From a virus (taxonomy: Duplodnaviria > Caudoviricetes): a stretch of DNA of 37,584 nucleotides. This document shows, piece by piece, positions 8,510 through 17,650 of the stretch (its first letter is position 1; each line of letters opens with the position of its first letter). The notes beneath the pieces were generated by a model. It was not told the origin of the DNA. It saw only the letters and a list, made by a program, of their open reading frames with translations, and searched no databases. Both the position numbers and the translations under genes were made by a program. The stretch spans positions 1-37,584 of IMG/VR virus record IMGVR_UViG_3300022181_000052. One strand, 5' to 3'.

Positions 8510-9440
8510 CACCTCGCCCCCTGTCGATGAGTTTGGACCCGATGGGCGCGGAGTCGTCGATACCCACGCAAATCAGATCAGAGTACCAATCCTTGCCCCG
8601 TGTGTCGCCCTTGAACTCCACGGCCAGGATCCTGTAGAAGCCGTCCTCGTCCAGCCTCGGGGCCTTGTTGAAGGCCCCGACCTTGAGGTCGGTCCTGAAC
8701 CGGAGGATGGATCGGTTGTCGAGCTTGATCCTTCCCCCCACCCGCAAGCGCGGGTTGAGCAGGGACCGGACCTTGATGCCCTCGTTGGTCTGTTCAGGCT
8801 GGCCGATCAACCCGGACTCGGCTGTGAGCGCCACGGCTTCGCCGGGTAGGTAGCCGCCCAGGGGCACCATCTGGGCCACGCCATCCTGGATGCTCCAGGA
8901 ACTGCCCGTGGCGTCCGCCGCGTCGCGCATGTATTTGCGGGCCATGCCGTACATGGTCTTGCCCCGGGGAAGGGCCTGCGCCGCGACATCCGGCACGTAC
9001 CCTGCCGCGACGCCGAGTTCCGCCAGCGCGCCCTGGGCCACGCCCACCTGGTCCGCGACCGTGGCCCCGGCCGCCAGGGTCCGGTTGACCACGGCGAAGT
9101 TGTAGGCCCGGTCCCCGTCGCTCACGAGCAGGTCCAGATAGGTGTCCACGCCGTTTTCCCGGCCACTGCGGGCCTGGCGCAGGGCACCGCTGAAGATCGT
9201 TCCGAACATGCTCTCGTACCCGGCCTGGAGGACCACGCGGGTGAACTCCCTCTGGACGCGCAGGGCCGTCTCCTCGGCCAGGTTGTAGACGCGGATGTCG
9301 GCCGAGTTGGGCGTTTCATAGTCGGCCTTGTGGGTCTGGAACGTGATGCGCAGATCCCCCAGCTCCAGGCCGGAGCCGGAGCCGGAGCCGACGATCAGGC
9401 TGCACTTGCGCAGATACAGGCGGTCCTGGGAGGTGGTCAT
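8496..9440 (-). CDS. Baseplate hub protein
   Basis: 'TPNSADIRVYNL', 'VVLQAGYE', 'WSIQDG', 'GDTRGKDWYS'; lies just upstream of the spike gene. Confidence 0.75.
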   Translation of the reverse strand: MTTSQDRLYLRKCSLIVGSGSGSGLELGDLRITFQTHKADYETPNSADIRVYNLAEETALRVQREFTRVVLQAGYESMFGTIFSGALRQARSGRENGVDTYLDLLVSDGDRAYNFAVVNRTLAAGATVADQVGVAQGALAELGVAAGYVPDVAAQALPRGKTMYGMARKYMRDAADATGSSWSIQDGVAQMVPLGGYLPGEAVALTAESGLIGQPEQTNEGIKVRSLLNPRLRVGGRIKLDNRSILRFRTDLKVGAFNKAPRLDEDGFYRILAVEFKGDTRGKDWYSDLICVGIDDSAPIGSKLIDRGRGDGPA

Positions 9441-9751
9441 TCGTCCTCCGTCACGAACCAGAGATCTACGCCGTCGCCCAAGTTGCTTTCCGTGGGGGTG
9501 GCGTCCGAATCATCGGACCAGACCACCAGGGAGCCGCCAACCCCGAGGTAGGCATAGGGGGCCAGAAGGTCGCATCCGGTCACCAGCGGGATGCCGTGGA
9601 CCACATCTCCTCCGCCGTCCGGGAGGTCGATGTCCAAAATCCAGCCCGCCTCGTCCGCGTCGAGCCAGCGCAGGGTGAGCTGGTACTCCACTCCGGCCAG
9701 CCCCACGGTGAAGGTCTGCGGCGTGGCGCTCAAAGGAATTCGATACTCCAT
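9437..9751 (-). CDS. Small baseplate/tail protein
   Basis: 'IPLSATPQTF...GIPLVTGCDLLAPYAYLG', typical of this myophage tail module. Confidence 0.7.
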   Translation of the reverse strand: MEYRIPLSATPQTFTVGLAGVEYQLTLRWLDADEAGWILDIDLPDGGGDVVHGIPLVTGCDLLAPYAYLGVGGSLVVWSDDSDATPTESNLGDGVDLWFVTEDE

Positions 9752-9755
9752 GACG

Positions 9756-10346
9756 TCACCCGAACAGGTTGTTCAACACGGACTTCTTCTTGGGCTCGGG
9801 CTGGACCCGGCCCTTCTGGTCCACGCCGCCGGTCTTCTTGCCCCACTTCTGCCGTCCGCGCGGCACGGCCGCGCTCTGCACGTTCACCAGTATCAACTCA
9901 CGCAGCTCGGCGGTGAACGACAGCACATTCTCGTTCTCATGATCCGTGACCACGGTGAGGCTCTTGATGAGCATATTCGTGTAGGACCGCTTGCCGGTGA
10001 CCACATCGAACGGCTCCCGTTTGCCCTGCAACTCCCGGAGCTTCTGATAGTATTCGACACACCGCCGGTCGCCGGTCCCGGCGCCGCCGGAATCCGAGAC
10101 CCCGGCCCGGATGGTCAGGGCCGCGGGCTTGAGGTAGGCGTGGTCCGTCACGGACGCACCTTGCTCCACGGGGTGTTCCGTGATCTCCAGATCGTCGGTG
10201 TGGGTCTCCTCCACGACCACATCCATGACCATGCCCCCAATGGACCGCTGCGGGCGGACGTAAACCGTGGACGGGGACTGCGAGAGGTAGTTCCGCCGCG
10301 TGGCGTAGGTGGTACCGGCGGACGCCAGCTGGGCGATGGCGGTCAT
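9756..10346 (-). CDS. Tail tube initiator / Dit-like baseplate protein
   Basis: 'EETHTDDLEITEHPVEQGASVTDHAY', 'PFDVVTGKRSYTNMLI'; follows the tape measure gene. Confidence 0.75.
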   Translation of the reverse strand: MTAIAQLASAGTTYATRRNYLSQSPSTVYVRPQRSIGGMVMDVVVEETHTDDLEITEHPVEQGASVTDHAYLKPAALTIRAGVSDSGGAGTGDRRCVEYYQKLRELQGKREPFDVVTGKRSYTNMLIKSLTVVTDHENENVLSFTAELRELILVNVQSAAVPRGRQKWGKKTGGVDQKGRVQPEPKKKSVLNNLFG

Positions 10347-11974
10347 CGCGCGGCCCCTCGGGCGTGGCGCACCAGATCGGCGTTCACGCGGTTCTGCTCA
10401 CCGCCCACGGCCCGGCCCACGGCCGCCGGGTCACCCGCGCCCTCCACATTGATGACCGTGCTGGCATTGATGTTGGCGGTCGACGTGTGTCCGGCGGCCG
10501 CCGCAGCCAGGGCCGGTGTCGGGCCCAACAGAGGGGCAGACGGACGTTCGGGGGCCCCGATGTCGGGGATCTTGGCGGGCTGATCCTCATCCCCGGAAAA
10601 CCATCCAGCGACCGTTTGCGCGGATTCGGCGATCCACTTGAACTTCCCCATGAGCCAGTCCACAAAGGAGCCGAACCACGCCTTGACCTTTTCCCAGTTG
10701 GCGATGATGAGCGAGGCCACGAAGGCCAGGGCCAGGAAGGCGGCCATGTAGGGGTTCGCCGCAGCCGTGGCGGTCATGACGCGCAGGGCAGTGGTCACGG
10801 CGGTGGTCGCGGTCTGCAGAATCCCCCAGGCAGTGGTCACGGCGGAGACGATGCCCGGCAGCACGATCAGCCCCGCCCCCAACGCGGCGGCGCCGCCGGT
10901 GAGGAAGCCGAGCATTCGCCCCATGTCGGAGCCCCAGTCGATAAGACTCTCACCACCCTCCCGCCAGGTCAGGAAGTCGTCGACCAACCCGACTATCACT
11001 GCTCCGAGAGACAACAGCAGCCCAAGCGGCGTGGCCAGGAACTGAAGATTCAACAGCCGCCAGGCCGCCGCCATGCCCACGGCGGCCAGGATGAGGCGCT
11101 GGGAGCCGTCGTCCAACTGGCCGAACCAGTCCACGATGTTTCCGACCCAGCCCATCAGGCGCATGGTCAAGGCCCCGAAGGCCCCGGCCAGACGCATCAA
11201 CACGGCCAGGAGCGTCTGGATCACACGCGAGATCTTCCCGAAGTTCTCCACCACCGCCTTGCGCAACCGGACGATGTCCGCCTCCATGCGGCCGATGACG
11301 GCCAACCCCACCGACTTGGCCATCATCCAGAACACGGTTTTGATGTTGTGGATCTCCTTGATGAATGATCTGCTGGCCTCGGCCGCCGCCTGGGCGTCTG
11401 TCCCGGCGGCGGCGTACATTTCCCGGTAGGCGTCGCGCAGACCGGTGACGTCCTGGGTGAGCATCTTGACCAGGCTGCGGTCGACGCCGAGCTGGCCCAG
11501 GAACATCTCCTGGCGGCCACGGTCCATGTTCTTGATGCGGTCGCCGATCTCGAAGAGCACGTCGTCGGTGGCGCGCAGCCTGCCGTTGACGTCCTTGATC
11601 CGGATGCCCAGGCGGTGGAACGCGGCCAACCCACCCTGTCCGATGGTGGCCCCGGCCATCGCCTGCTGCAGCCCCTTGAGCGAGGAGGAAAGAGCCTCCT
11701 GGGACGCCCCGGTCTGGGCCGCGATGTAGTTCAGCTCTTCGAGCTTCTTCACGGCCACGCCCGTGGCCTCGGACAGGGAGAGCATCTGGGACTGGCTCTG
11801 GGCGATCTTGTAGAGGAAGGCATAGGCTCCGGCGGCCACGGTCTGGATACCGGCCCCAAAGGCGGCCACGCGCAACGATGCCGACGCCAGGGAGCGGTTG
11901 AACCGCTGGTATCCGGCCTCGTCGATCTCGAACCCGAGCGCGGCCAGGAACTCCTTGATCCGACTAGCGGGCAC
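10343..11974 (-). CDS. Tail tape measure protein
   Basis: 543 aa, helical and Ala-rich. 'IKEFLAALGF' start, hydrophobic segments, 'IIANWEKVKAWF' repeat motif. Located after the chaperones. Confidence 0.85.
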   Translation of the reverse strand: MPASRIKEFLAALGFEIDEAGYQRFNRSLASASLRVAAFGAGIQTVAAGAYAFLYKIAQSQSQMLSLSEATGVAVKKLEELNYIAAQTGASQEALSSSLKGLQQAMAGATIGQGGLAAFHRLGIRIKDVNGRLRATDDVLFEIGDRIKNMDRGRQEMFLGQLGVDRSLVKMLTQDVTGLRDAYREMYAAAGTDAQAAAEASRSFIKEIHNIKTVFWMMAKSVGLAVIGRMEADIVRLRKAVVENFGKISRVIQTLLAVLMRLAGAFGALTMRLMGWVGNIVDWFGQLDDGSQRLILAAVGMAAAWRLLNLQFLATPLGLLLSLGAVIVGLVDDFLTWREGGESLIDWGSDMGRMLGFLTGGAAALGAGLIVLPGIVSAVTTAWGILQTATTAVTTALRVMTATAAANPYMAAFLALAFVASLIIANWEKVKAWFGSFVDWLMGKFKWIAESAQTVAGWFSGDEDQPAKIPDIGAPERPSAPLLGPTPALAAAAAGHTSTANINASTVINVEGAGDPAAVGRAVGGEQNRVNADLVRHARGAAR

Positions 11975-12215
11975 AGCGTGTCTCCTTTGCCTTGGCGTCC
12001 ATGTATCGCCGTTCGTTCTCGTCCTTCACGTCCAGCGCGTCGTTCATCAGGGCCAAGTCCTCCAACCCCAGGGAGCCGTCCAACAGGCTCTCATACCGGC
12101 AGCACCCGGCGATCACCGGGCGCAGCAGCCAGTCCTCGCCCCCGGGCAGGCCGACCCATTCACAGGCTACGTCCGGGGCGCGCCTGCGAAATCCCGGGGG
12201 AGTCCGGCGAAAAAA
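11964..12215 (-). CDS. Tail assembly chaperone extension (GT-like, DUF6889-like), probably expressed by -1 frameshift
   Basis: 'LPGGEDWLLRPV...YESLLDGSLGLEDLALMNDALDVKDEN'. The -1 frame is open from the slippery T TTT TTC at 12215-12209. Confidence 0.7.
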   Translation of the reverse strand, partial: FFRRTPPGFRRRAPDVACEWVGLPGGEDWLLRPVIAGCCRYESLLDGSLGLEDLALMNDALDVKDENERRYMDAKAKETRCAR

Positions 12216-12580
12216 CCGGACAGATTGTGCTGGAGCACCTGCCAAGCGATGTGCAGCATCCCGGCCATGTCGATGTCCTCGAACATGAGCCGGTCGCCCA
12301 CGACGACGCGGGCCCATCCCCCGGCTGACTGCTTGCGCTCCACCGCCTCCATGCAGGTCATGAGTACGTATTCCGCGTCCGCGTCGCTCATGGTCGCCAG
12401 GCCGGTGGCCAGCGGGGTCAGGATCGCGGCCATGTCCTCGGCCGATGCGTCGGGCTTGATCCCCGAGGCGGCCACGCCCGGCAGAAGCGGGGCCAGGCGG
12501 CGCACGATATGGAACTGCTTCATGGCCGGGAGTTTCCCGGCCCTGTATGCGTGCCCGCCGTGGTTGAATTCCAGGCTCAT
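12167..12580 (-). CDS. Tail assembly chaperone (G-like)
   Basis: Start MSLEF (12580). 'YRAGKLPAMKQFHIVRRLAP...NLSGFF'. Lies between the tube and tape measure genes. Confidence 0.85.
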   Translation of the reverse strand: MSLEFNHGGHAYRAGKLPAMKQFHIVRRLAPLLPGVAASGIKPDASAEDMAAILTPLATGLATMSDADAEYVLMTCMEAVERKQSAGGWARVVVGDRLMFEDIDMAGMLHIAWQVLQHNLSGFFAGLPRDFAGAPRT

Positions 12581-12590
12581 GTTCCCCCCC

Positions 12591-13040
12591 CTAGAGGATC
12601 TCGGCCGAGCCGTTACCCAGCACATAGGTGGTTTCGCCGCAGTCGAAGGTCCATTCGTTCATCCCGCCTTCCTTGGCGTAGGTCAGGGACGGCACCTTCT
12701 TGAACGCGACCTTGGTGGCGGTGATGAGGTCGCCGCGCGCGGCGTCGCGCACGGTGATGGTGTTGGAACCATGCCGGGCGCTGCTGGACCGCTGGTAGGT
12801 GCACATGGACATGAGCTGTTGATTGACCGGGGAGGTCTTGAGCAGCCGCACCGTCACGGTGCTGGCCGTGCAGGCCAGCAGGGAGTGCATCACCGAGCCG
12901 TCCGCGCCGGTGGTCATGGTGTTCAGATCGCCGACAGGCTCGATGCTGATACCCTCATCGGCGTTGCCTCCCTTGAGGCTGAAGTTGCCGCCCTCGCCGT
13001 CGATGGTCGCGGTCACATCCAGAAAACTGTACGCGGGCAT
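12591..13040 (-). CDS. Tail tube protein (DUF3277-like)
   Basis: 'YSFLDV', 'MTTGADGSVMHSL', 'VRLLKTSPVN', 'EWTFDC'; follows the sheath gene. Confidence 0.85.
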   Translation of the reverse strand: MPAYSFLDVTATIDGEGGNFSLKGGNADEGISIEPVGDLNTMTTGADGSVMHSLLACTASTVTVRLLKTSPVNQQLMSMCTYQRSSSARHGSNTITVRDAARGDLITATKVAFKKVPSLTYAKEGGMNEWTFDCGETTYVLGNGSAEIL

Positions 13041-13049
13041 GGAGTCCTC

Positions 13050-14522
13050 CTAGCGGTTCACGTCGATGGTCACGTCCACGAAGTGCACGGCTCCGGCCAT
13101 TTTGACCGCGCACTGGATCGGTGGGGCCTTGCGCTGCTCGCGCTCGCTCTGGGCCTGGTCCGCGATGGGCGTGTGGTAGATGTAGTAGCCCTGGGGCAGG
13201 TAATCGCCGGGCTGCAACTGGCCGAATCCATCCCCGTTCCAGATGCCGGGGGCGATCAGGCCGTTGGCGCGGGCCTGCTCGAACACGCTGGACAGACGGG
13301 CCTCGATCCGGCTCACGCCCTCCTCGGTCTGGGCGATCTTAGTCTTGGACTGGTAGAGCAAGTTGAAGCACTCGTTCTGGCAAGCGTCCTGCAGCCAATC
13401 CAGGCCGTGGACCTCATCGAAAAAGTAGCCGTTGGCCATCACTCCCTCTTGAAGGATGGCCGTGTCGTTGTCATAGGCCACGAAGACGTTGCCGTTCTTC
13501 CCTTTGATCACCGTGGCCTGGGTTTCGGTCAGGTTTTCGGCCACGATGCCCGGCTCCTGCTTGAACTTGAGGGTTATGGTGGTCCGGTTGGCCTCGAAGT
13601 TGACCGAGAAGGCCCGACCGAACAGGGATGCGATAGCGGCGGGGTTGGCGCTGTACTGCCAGACCGTGCGCTTGCGGGAGAGGGCTTTGAGCCGGGAGCC
13701 CAGGTCATCGGTGTAGACGGACGAGAGACAACGGGCGTCGGTGACGGTCACGCCGTAGACGCGGCTCCGGCCCGCGCCCTCGATGAAGGCGGCCACGGCC
13801 AGGCGCTGCTCGTCGGTGACGGCGGCCGTGGCGGCGAACAGGAGCCCGTACCACTCCGCCGACATGTCGGCCAGGGCCGCGGCGCACTCGGCCGGAGTCT
13901 CGGCGGCGTAACCCGGGACGGGCGTGTAGGCCAGGGCCTGGGTCAGTCCGGTCATGGTGCTGATGTCGGTCCCCGCAACGGGCGAGGAGGCGAAGCCCAA
14001 GGACGCTGCGGCCCCGGTAGCCGTGGAGGTCACCACGAACGCGGAACCGTCCCAGGAACAGGAGGCGTCGACGGCGGCCAGGGCCGTGTCGAGCACTGCG
14101 GCCACGCCGTTCATGTTGGTTTCAGCGTGGAAATCGAGGCCGGTCAGCGAGGCCTCGGCCCCGTCGATCTCGATCTTCATGGCGCCGTCGGTGATGGAGG
14201 CCCAGTGGGCCGGATCGGAGTCCGCCACGCCGCCACGCAGGATCGCGGCCGTGGCCGCCGCGATCCAACGCCCGATCATGAGAGTCTTGGGCCGGGGCGA
14301 CTGGCTGAAATACAGCTCGGCCGCCCGGTACTCAGGGGCGCTCATGCCGAAGTCCTCGGCCACGGAATCCAGCGTGGTGTAGGAGCGCAGGCGCTCCAGG
14401 CCGTCGATCACGTCCGAATCCCCGGCGATGCACAGGACGCCGAACGTCCGGCGCGGGGTGGCCGTGGGGCTCAGGTTGACCGTCACGTTGACGATGCGGT
14501 TCACGGAAAGTCCTTGAGCCAT
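13050..14522 (-). CDS. Tail sheath protein (DUF3383-like)
   Basis: 'PEYRAAELYFSQSPRP', 'TITLKFKQEPG', 'FFDEVHGLDWL', 'AGAVHFVDV'. Confidence 0.9.
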   Translation of the reverse strand: MAQGLSVNRIVNVTVNLSPTATPRRTFGVLCIAGDSDVIDGLERLRSYTTLDSVAEDFGMSAPEYRAAELYFSQSPRPKTLMIGRWIAAATAAILRGGVADSDPAHWASITDGAMKIEIDGAEASLTGLDFHAETNMNGVAAVLDTALAAVDASCSWDGSAFVVTSTATGAAASLGFASSPVAGTDISTMTGLTQALAYTPVPGYAAETPAECAAALADMSAEWYGLLFAATAAVTDEQRLAVAAFIEGAGRSRVYGVTVTDARCLSSVYTDDLGSRLKALSRKRTVWQYSANPAAIASLFGRAFSVNFEANRTTITLKFKQEPGIVAENLTETQATVIKGKNGNVFVAYDNDTAILQEGVMANGYFFDEVHGLDWLQDACQNECFNLLYQSKTKIAQTEEGVSRIEARLSSVFEQARANGLIAPGIWNGDGFGQLQPGDYLPQGYYIYHTPIADQAQSEREQRKAPPIQCAVKMAGAVHFVDVTIDVNR

Positions 14523-14523
14523 T

Positions 14524-15114
14524 TCAGATGTCCTCCATCATGGGAGTGGTTTGCACGATCAGCCCGTTCCCGCTCTCGATCGTGACCGGGCCGCACAGAA
14601 TATTGCGTACGCCGTACACGCGCTTGGTCTCCGTCCCGATGCTCAACGGCAGATCCACACGCCGCACCCAGCGTTGGTTCACCAATTCATGGGCGTCCTG
14701 GGGTTCGCCGACGGACGCCAGGGTCAGCCCGGCGGCGCGCAGATCGTCCCGGTTCTGGTCCAGGAAGAGGCCGTCCATGAGACGGTCGGCCATATCCTCG
14801 GCCCCGGGGCCATAGAATGACGCCATGACGGCCCAAGTCTTCCAGGAGATGACGGTGTCCATCCCACCGTCGTCACCGGCATGCACCGCGACGGGGAAGC
14901 CGTCCCGGCGCCAGGAGAGGAGGCCGATGGAACACCATGTCGACGCGTAATGCGGCTGCTTGGGCGGCTCGGACTGGACGCGTGGGCGGACCAGGGCCGG
15001 AGCCAGGCCGGTGATCCCGACCACGGTGGATTGCAGGGCGTCCTCGATCGCCTCGCGGGTGGGCGGCTCGGACTGCGGCCTGAGGTATCCCGGCGTGGTG
15101 CTGTCGTTGCTCAC
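14524..15114 (-). CDS. Neck/tail terminator protein
   Basis: GTG start overlapping the upstream stop. 'SNDSTTPGYL', 'VVGITGL...LVRPR', 'SFYGP', 'WVRRVDL'. Confidence 0.7.
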   Translation of the reverse strand: MSNDSTTPGYLRPQSEPPTREAIEDALQSTVVGITGLAPALVRPRVQSEPPKQPHYASTWCSIGLLSWRRDGFPVAVHAGDDGGMDTVISWKTWAVMASFYGPGAEDMADRLMDGLFLDQNRDDLRAAGLTLASVGEPQDAHELVNQRWVRRVDLPLSIGTETKRVYGVRNILCGPVTIESGNGLIVQTTPMMEDI

Positions 15115-15479
15115 GGCTCCCTCCCCTGCATGTCCTCGGCGGCGGCCAGCGCAGCGCACCAGCCGCCGTAATCCGCGTAGTCGTCCAGGGACACGACCCG
15201 GTAATTTCGGCCGCGCCACGCCACCAGGTCGGGCTTGAACATGTCGGACCCGGGAGTCAGGGGCTCCCGGGAATAGACCGCGATGATCTCCGAGCTGCGG
15301 TCCGCCTCGGGCAGACGTTCGAGCTGACGCGGCGTGGCCGGGACGATGACGCCGCTTATGGTCAGATTCGTCGAGGACAGCTCGGCCCGGCCTTTCGAGG
15401 TCACCGTTTCCGTGATCCGGGCCACGGTGAAGTTCTGGCGAAAGTCGGGATCGTCGAGCAGGTCGGACACGTCGAGCAT
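15111..15479 (-). CDS. Head-tail adaptor/closure protein
   Basis: Start MLDVSDLLDDPDF. 'LERLPEADR', 'DLVAWRGRNYRV'. Confidence 0.7.
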   Translation of the reverse strand: MLDVSDLLDDPDFRQNFTVARITETVTSKGRAELSSTNLTISGVIVPATPRQLERLPEADRSSEIIAVYSREPLTPGSDMFKPDLVAWRGRNYRVVSLDDYADYGGWCAALAAAEDMQGREP

Positions 15480-16015
15480 CACGATCCCCTCTTGCGCAGC
15501 ACGTAGGTCACGGACTTGCGCAGCTGACTGGTGTCGATGAGCGGGTTCAGGGCGCCGCGTTCCCGGCGGGACTTTCCGCGCTTGAGCACCCGGCCGGACT
15601 CGTCCCGTTGCGCCGGAGGCCGTTTGTTCAGGGACGCCTCGGACAACGGCGGCCAATCGTTGTCCACGAACCGTGCGCGCACGCTGTTCTGGGCCACGAT
15701 CCCGGCACGGTTGAGCGCGGCCGTCACGCCGCCCGCGTCGCCGTCCAGGGCCCGGGTCGCGGCGTCCTTCAACTGCTCGACGATCTTGTCCTGGGCGGCC
15801 CTGATGCCGGGCTCCAGGAACGGACGGGCGGGAATGTTGCGCAGGGGGCTGCCGGTCTCGTGGATGTACCCCAGCTGGGCGTTGGTCACGCCGTCGTCAT
15901 CCCGGGCCGACTTGTCGGCGGGGATGCCCACCAGCACGTCCTGGGACGTGAGCGTGGCCAGGGCGCGGCGCAGTTCCGCCGTCCTGTCCAGCACGGTCCG
16001 CACGCCGGTCTTCAT
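15479..16015 (-). CDS. Neck/tail completion protein
   Basis: Start MKTGV (16015). 'VLVGIP', 'IHETGSP..NIPARPFL', 'PLIDTSQLRKSVTY'. Confidence 0.75.
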   Translation of the reverse strand: MKTGVRTVLDRTAELRRALATLTSQDVLVGIPADKSARDDDGVTNAQLGYIHETGSPLRNIPARPFLEPGIRAAQDKIVEQLKDAATRALDGDAGGVTAALNRAGIVAQNSVRARFVDNDWPPLSEASLNKRPPAQRDESGRVLKRGKSRRERGALNPLIDTSQLRKSVTYVLRKRGS

Positions 16016-16407
16016 AGGTGCAACCCTCCGACTCCGACGAGCTGCATCAACTCGTAGAACTGCTGGCCATAGATGGTGGAGTTCCAGGCTCCGGCCGCGG
16101 CCCAGGCGGTGGTCGCCGAGTTGTAGCTCTTGGATTTGGACAGCGGCCCGACGGCCTTGGACTCCGAGACCACGGGACCGGCCGCCGCGCTCATGCCGCC
16201 GGTCCCGGCGGTGTCCTGCGCGGCGGCCGTCTCCAGCGTCATGTTGTGCGCCGCGAACAGGCACAGCCCCTGGTCCAGCAAGTCGCCCCAGCGTTCGGCT
16301 GACAGCCGCTTGCCGCCCACCGAGAGCCAGAACGCCACGCGGGCGTCCGGGAATTTCGCCGAATCGGCGAAGGCGGGGAAAGCCGTGCGGAAGGTCGCGG
16401 CGTCCAT
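16012..16407 (-). CDS. Head-tail connector (DUF4054-like)
   Basis: 'FRTAFPAF', 'LFAAH', 'WNSTIYGQQF'. Confidence 0.85.
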   Translation of the reverse strand: MDAATFRTAFPAFADSAKFPDARVAFWLSVGGKRLSAERWGDLLDQGLCLFAAHNMTLETAAAQDTAGTGGMSAAAGPVVSESKAVGPLSKSKSYNSATTAWAAAGAWNSTIYGQQFYELMQLVGVGGLHL

Positions 16408-16637
16408 TACTTCTTGGCCTTCTTGGCCTTGGTTGCGGTCTTGGAAACGTCCGGTCCCGAGGGCGAGGAGGCGGGGGTCTCCTCGGGCAACACCGTGGCG
16501 CGGCCCTCGGCGATGCAGCCCGCCACGAACCAATGTCCCAGCTCCGCCTTGGTCAGCTCGTGCTCCCCCTTGCCGAATTCCCGTCGGGTCTCCTTGTCGA
16601 AACGGACCGTGAACGGTTTGGTCACTCTGATTCGCAT
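16407..16637 (-). CDS. Small phage structural-region protein
   Basis: 76-aa ORF with AAAGGAG RBS, between the capsid and connector genes. 'VTKPF...HWFV'. Confidence 0.7.
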   Translation of the reverse strand: MRIRVTKPFTVRFDKETRREFGKGEHELTKAELGHWFVAGCIAEGRATVLPEETPASSPSGPDVSKTATKAKKAKK

Positions 16638-16653
16638 GATGCGCTCCTTTGAA

Positions 16654-16682
16654 GCCGGTCCCCGGTGACGCCGGGGACCGGC
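16654..16682 (-). terminator. Hairpin after the major capsid gene (terminator, attenuator or mRNA stabiliser)
   Basis: GCCGGTCCCCGG-TGACG-CCGGGGACCGGC, a 12-bp perfect stem with only a weak U tract. Confidence 0.55.
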
Positions 16683-16701
16683 GGGTTGCTCCGTACTCGG
16701 C

Positions 16702-17640
16702 CTACAGACCGTCGGCGTAGCCGATGGTCTCGGGGTAGACGAATTCCACCTCGCCCAGCTTGCCGAAGTAGGTGGTCAACTGATTGATGCCCCGGAACTC
16801 CACCGGGGTCCGCTGAAGCGGCACCAGCGGGAAACGCACGTAGATGTTCTCCTGGGTGTAGGCGACCATGCGGTCGGCCCCCGCCACGCCGCGCCCGGCG
16901 GCCCACTTCATCGGCACGATCTCCAGGGGCCTGCCGTTCTGATTGGTCGAGATGGCGTTCTCGATCACGTAGGTCAGGATGGATTTGCTGGCCGCGTCGC
17001 TCACGGGCTGGACCAGATGGGTGAACGCCGACGGCGGAAGCCCGAGCTTGCGGGGGCAGACGGCGTAGCCGCTCTGCTGCCAGACATCGTTGAGCAGTTC
17101 GTTGATGTCCTCCAGGATGGCCTTGGGCGTGGCGGTGGACCACCCTCCGGCGATGGACGTCGGAGCGACGTTCGGGTTGTTGAGCAGGCCGCTGCATCCG
17201 ATTTCCGCGTCGCCGACGTAGACCTGTTCGTCGACGTCCATGTTGTGCTTGACGCGCATGGCATCATAGAGCGTGGAATCGATGGGGCGTCCCAGCTGCT
17301 GGGCGGCGGCCAGCTCGATGATGGAGTAGCCCAACACCATGCCCCACAGGTGCATGGGGCTGGTCTTCTTGCCGGTGTCGGCCGAGATCCCGGGCACGGC
17401 GCTTCCGACTTGGCCGATCCAGTTCTTGCCCCGGGGGTTCACGCCGCCGGGCGCGGCGAAATTGGTCGTGAGGAACGCGCTGGACTCGTCGGAGATGGTC
17501 ACGTCCTCGCGCAGTCCGATGTCCCGATGCCACGTCACGGAGACGAGCGGGGCGTGCAGTTCCTGATCCAGGCGTTCCAGCTCACCGACCAGGAACGCTC
17601 CTGCGGAGTCCACGGTGGCGGCGTCGTAGGTGCGAAGCAT
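16702..17640 (-). CDS. Major capsid protein (DUF2184/Linocin-like)
   Basis: Start MLRTYD after AGGAG. 'AFLVGELERLD', 'ELAAAQQLGRPID', 'VYVGD....GLLN', 'VEFVYPETIGYADGL'. Confidence 0.9.
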   Translation of the reverse strand: MLRTYDAATVDSAGAFLVGELERLDQELHAPLVSVTWHRDIGLREDVTISDESSAFLTTNFAAPGGVNPRGKNWIGQVGSAVPGISADTGKKTSPMHLWGMVLGYSIIELAAAQQLGRPIDSTLYDAMRVKHNMDVDEQVYVGDAEIGCSGLLNNPNVAPTSIAGGWSTATPKAILEDINELLNDVWQQSGYAVCPRKLGLPPSAFTHLVQPVSDAASKSILTYVIENAISTNQNGRPLEIVPMKWAAGRGVAGADRMVAYTQENIYVRFPLVPLQRTPVEFRGINQLTTYFGKLGEVEFVYPETIGYADGL

Positions 17641-17650
17641 GATGTCACTC

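Noticed and set aside
11898-14585. 895-aa + strand ORF
   Set aside because: Antisense shadow of the sheath, tube and chaperone genes in GC-rich DNA; no recognisable motifs.
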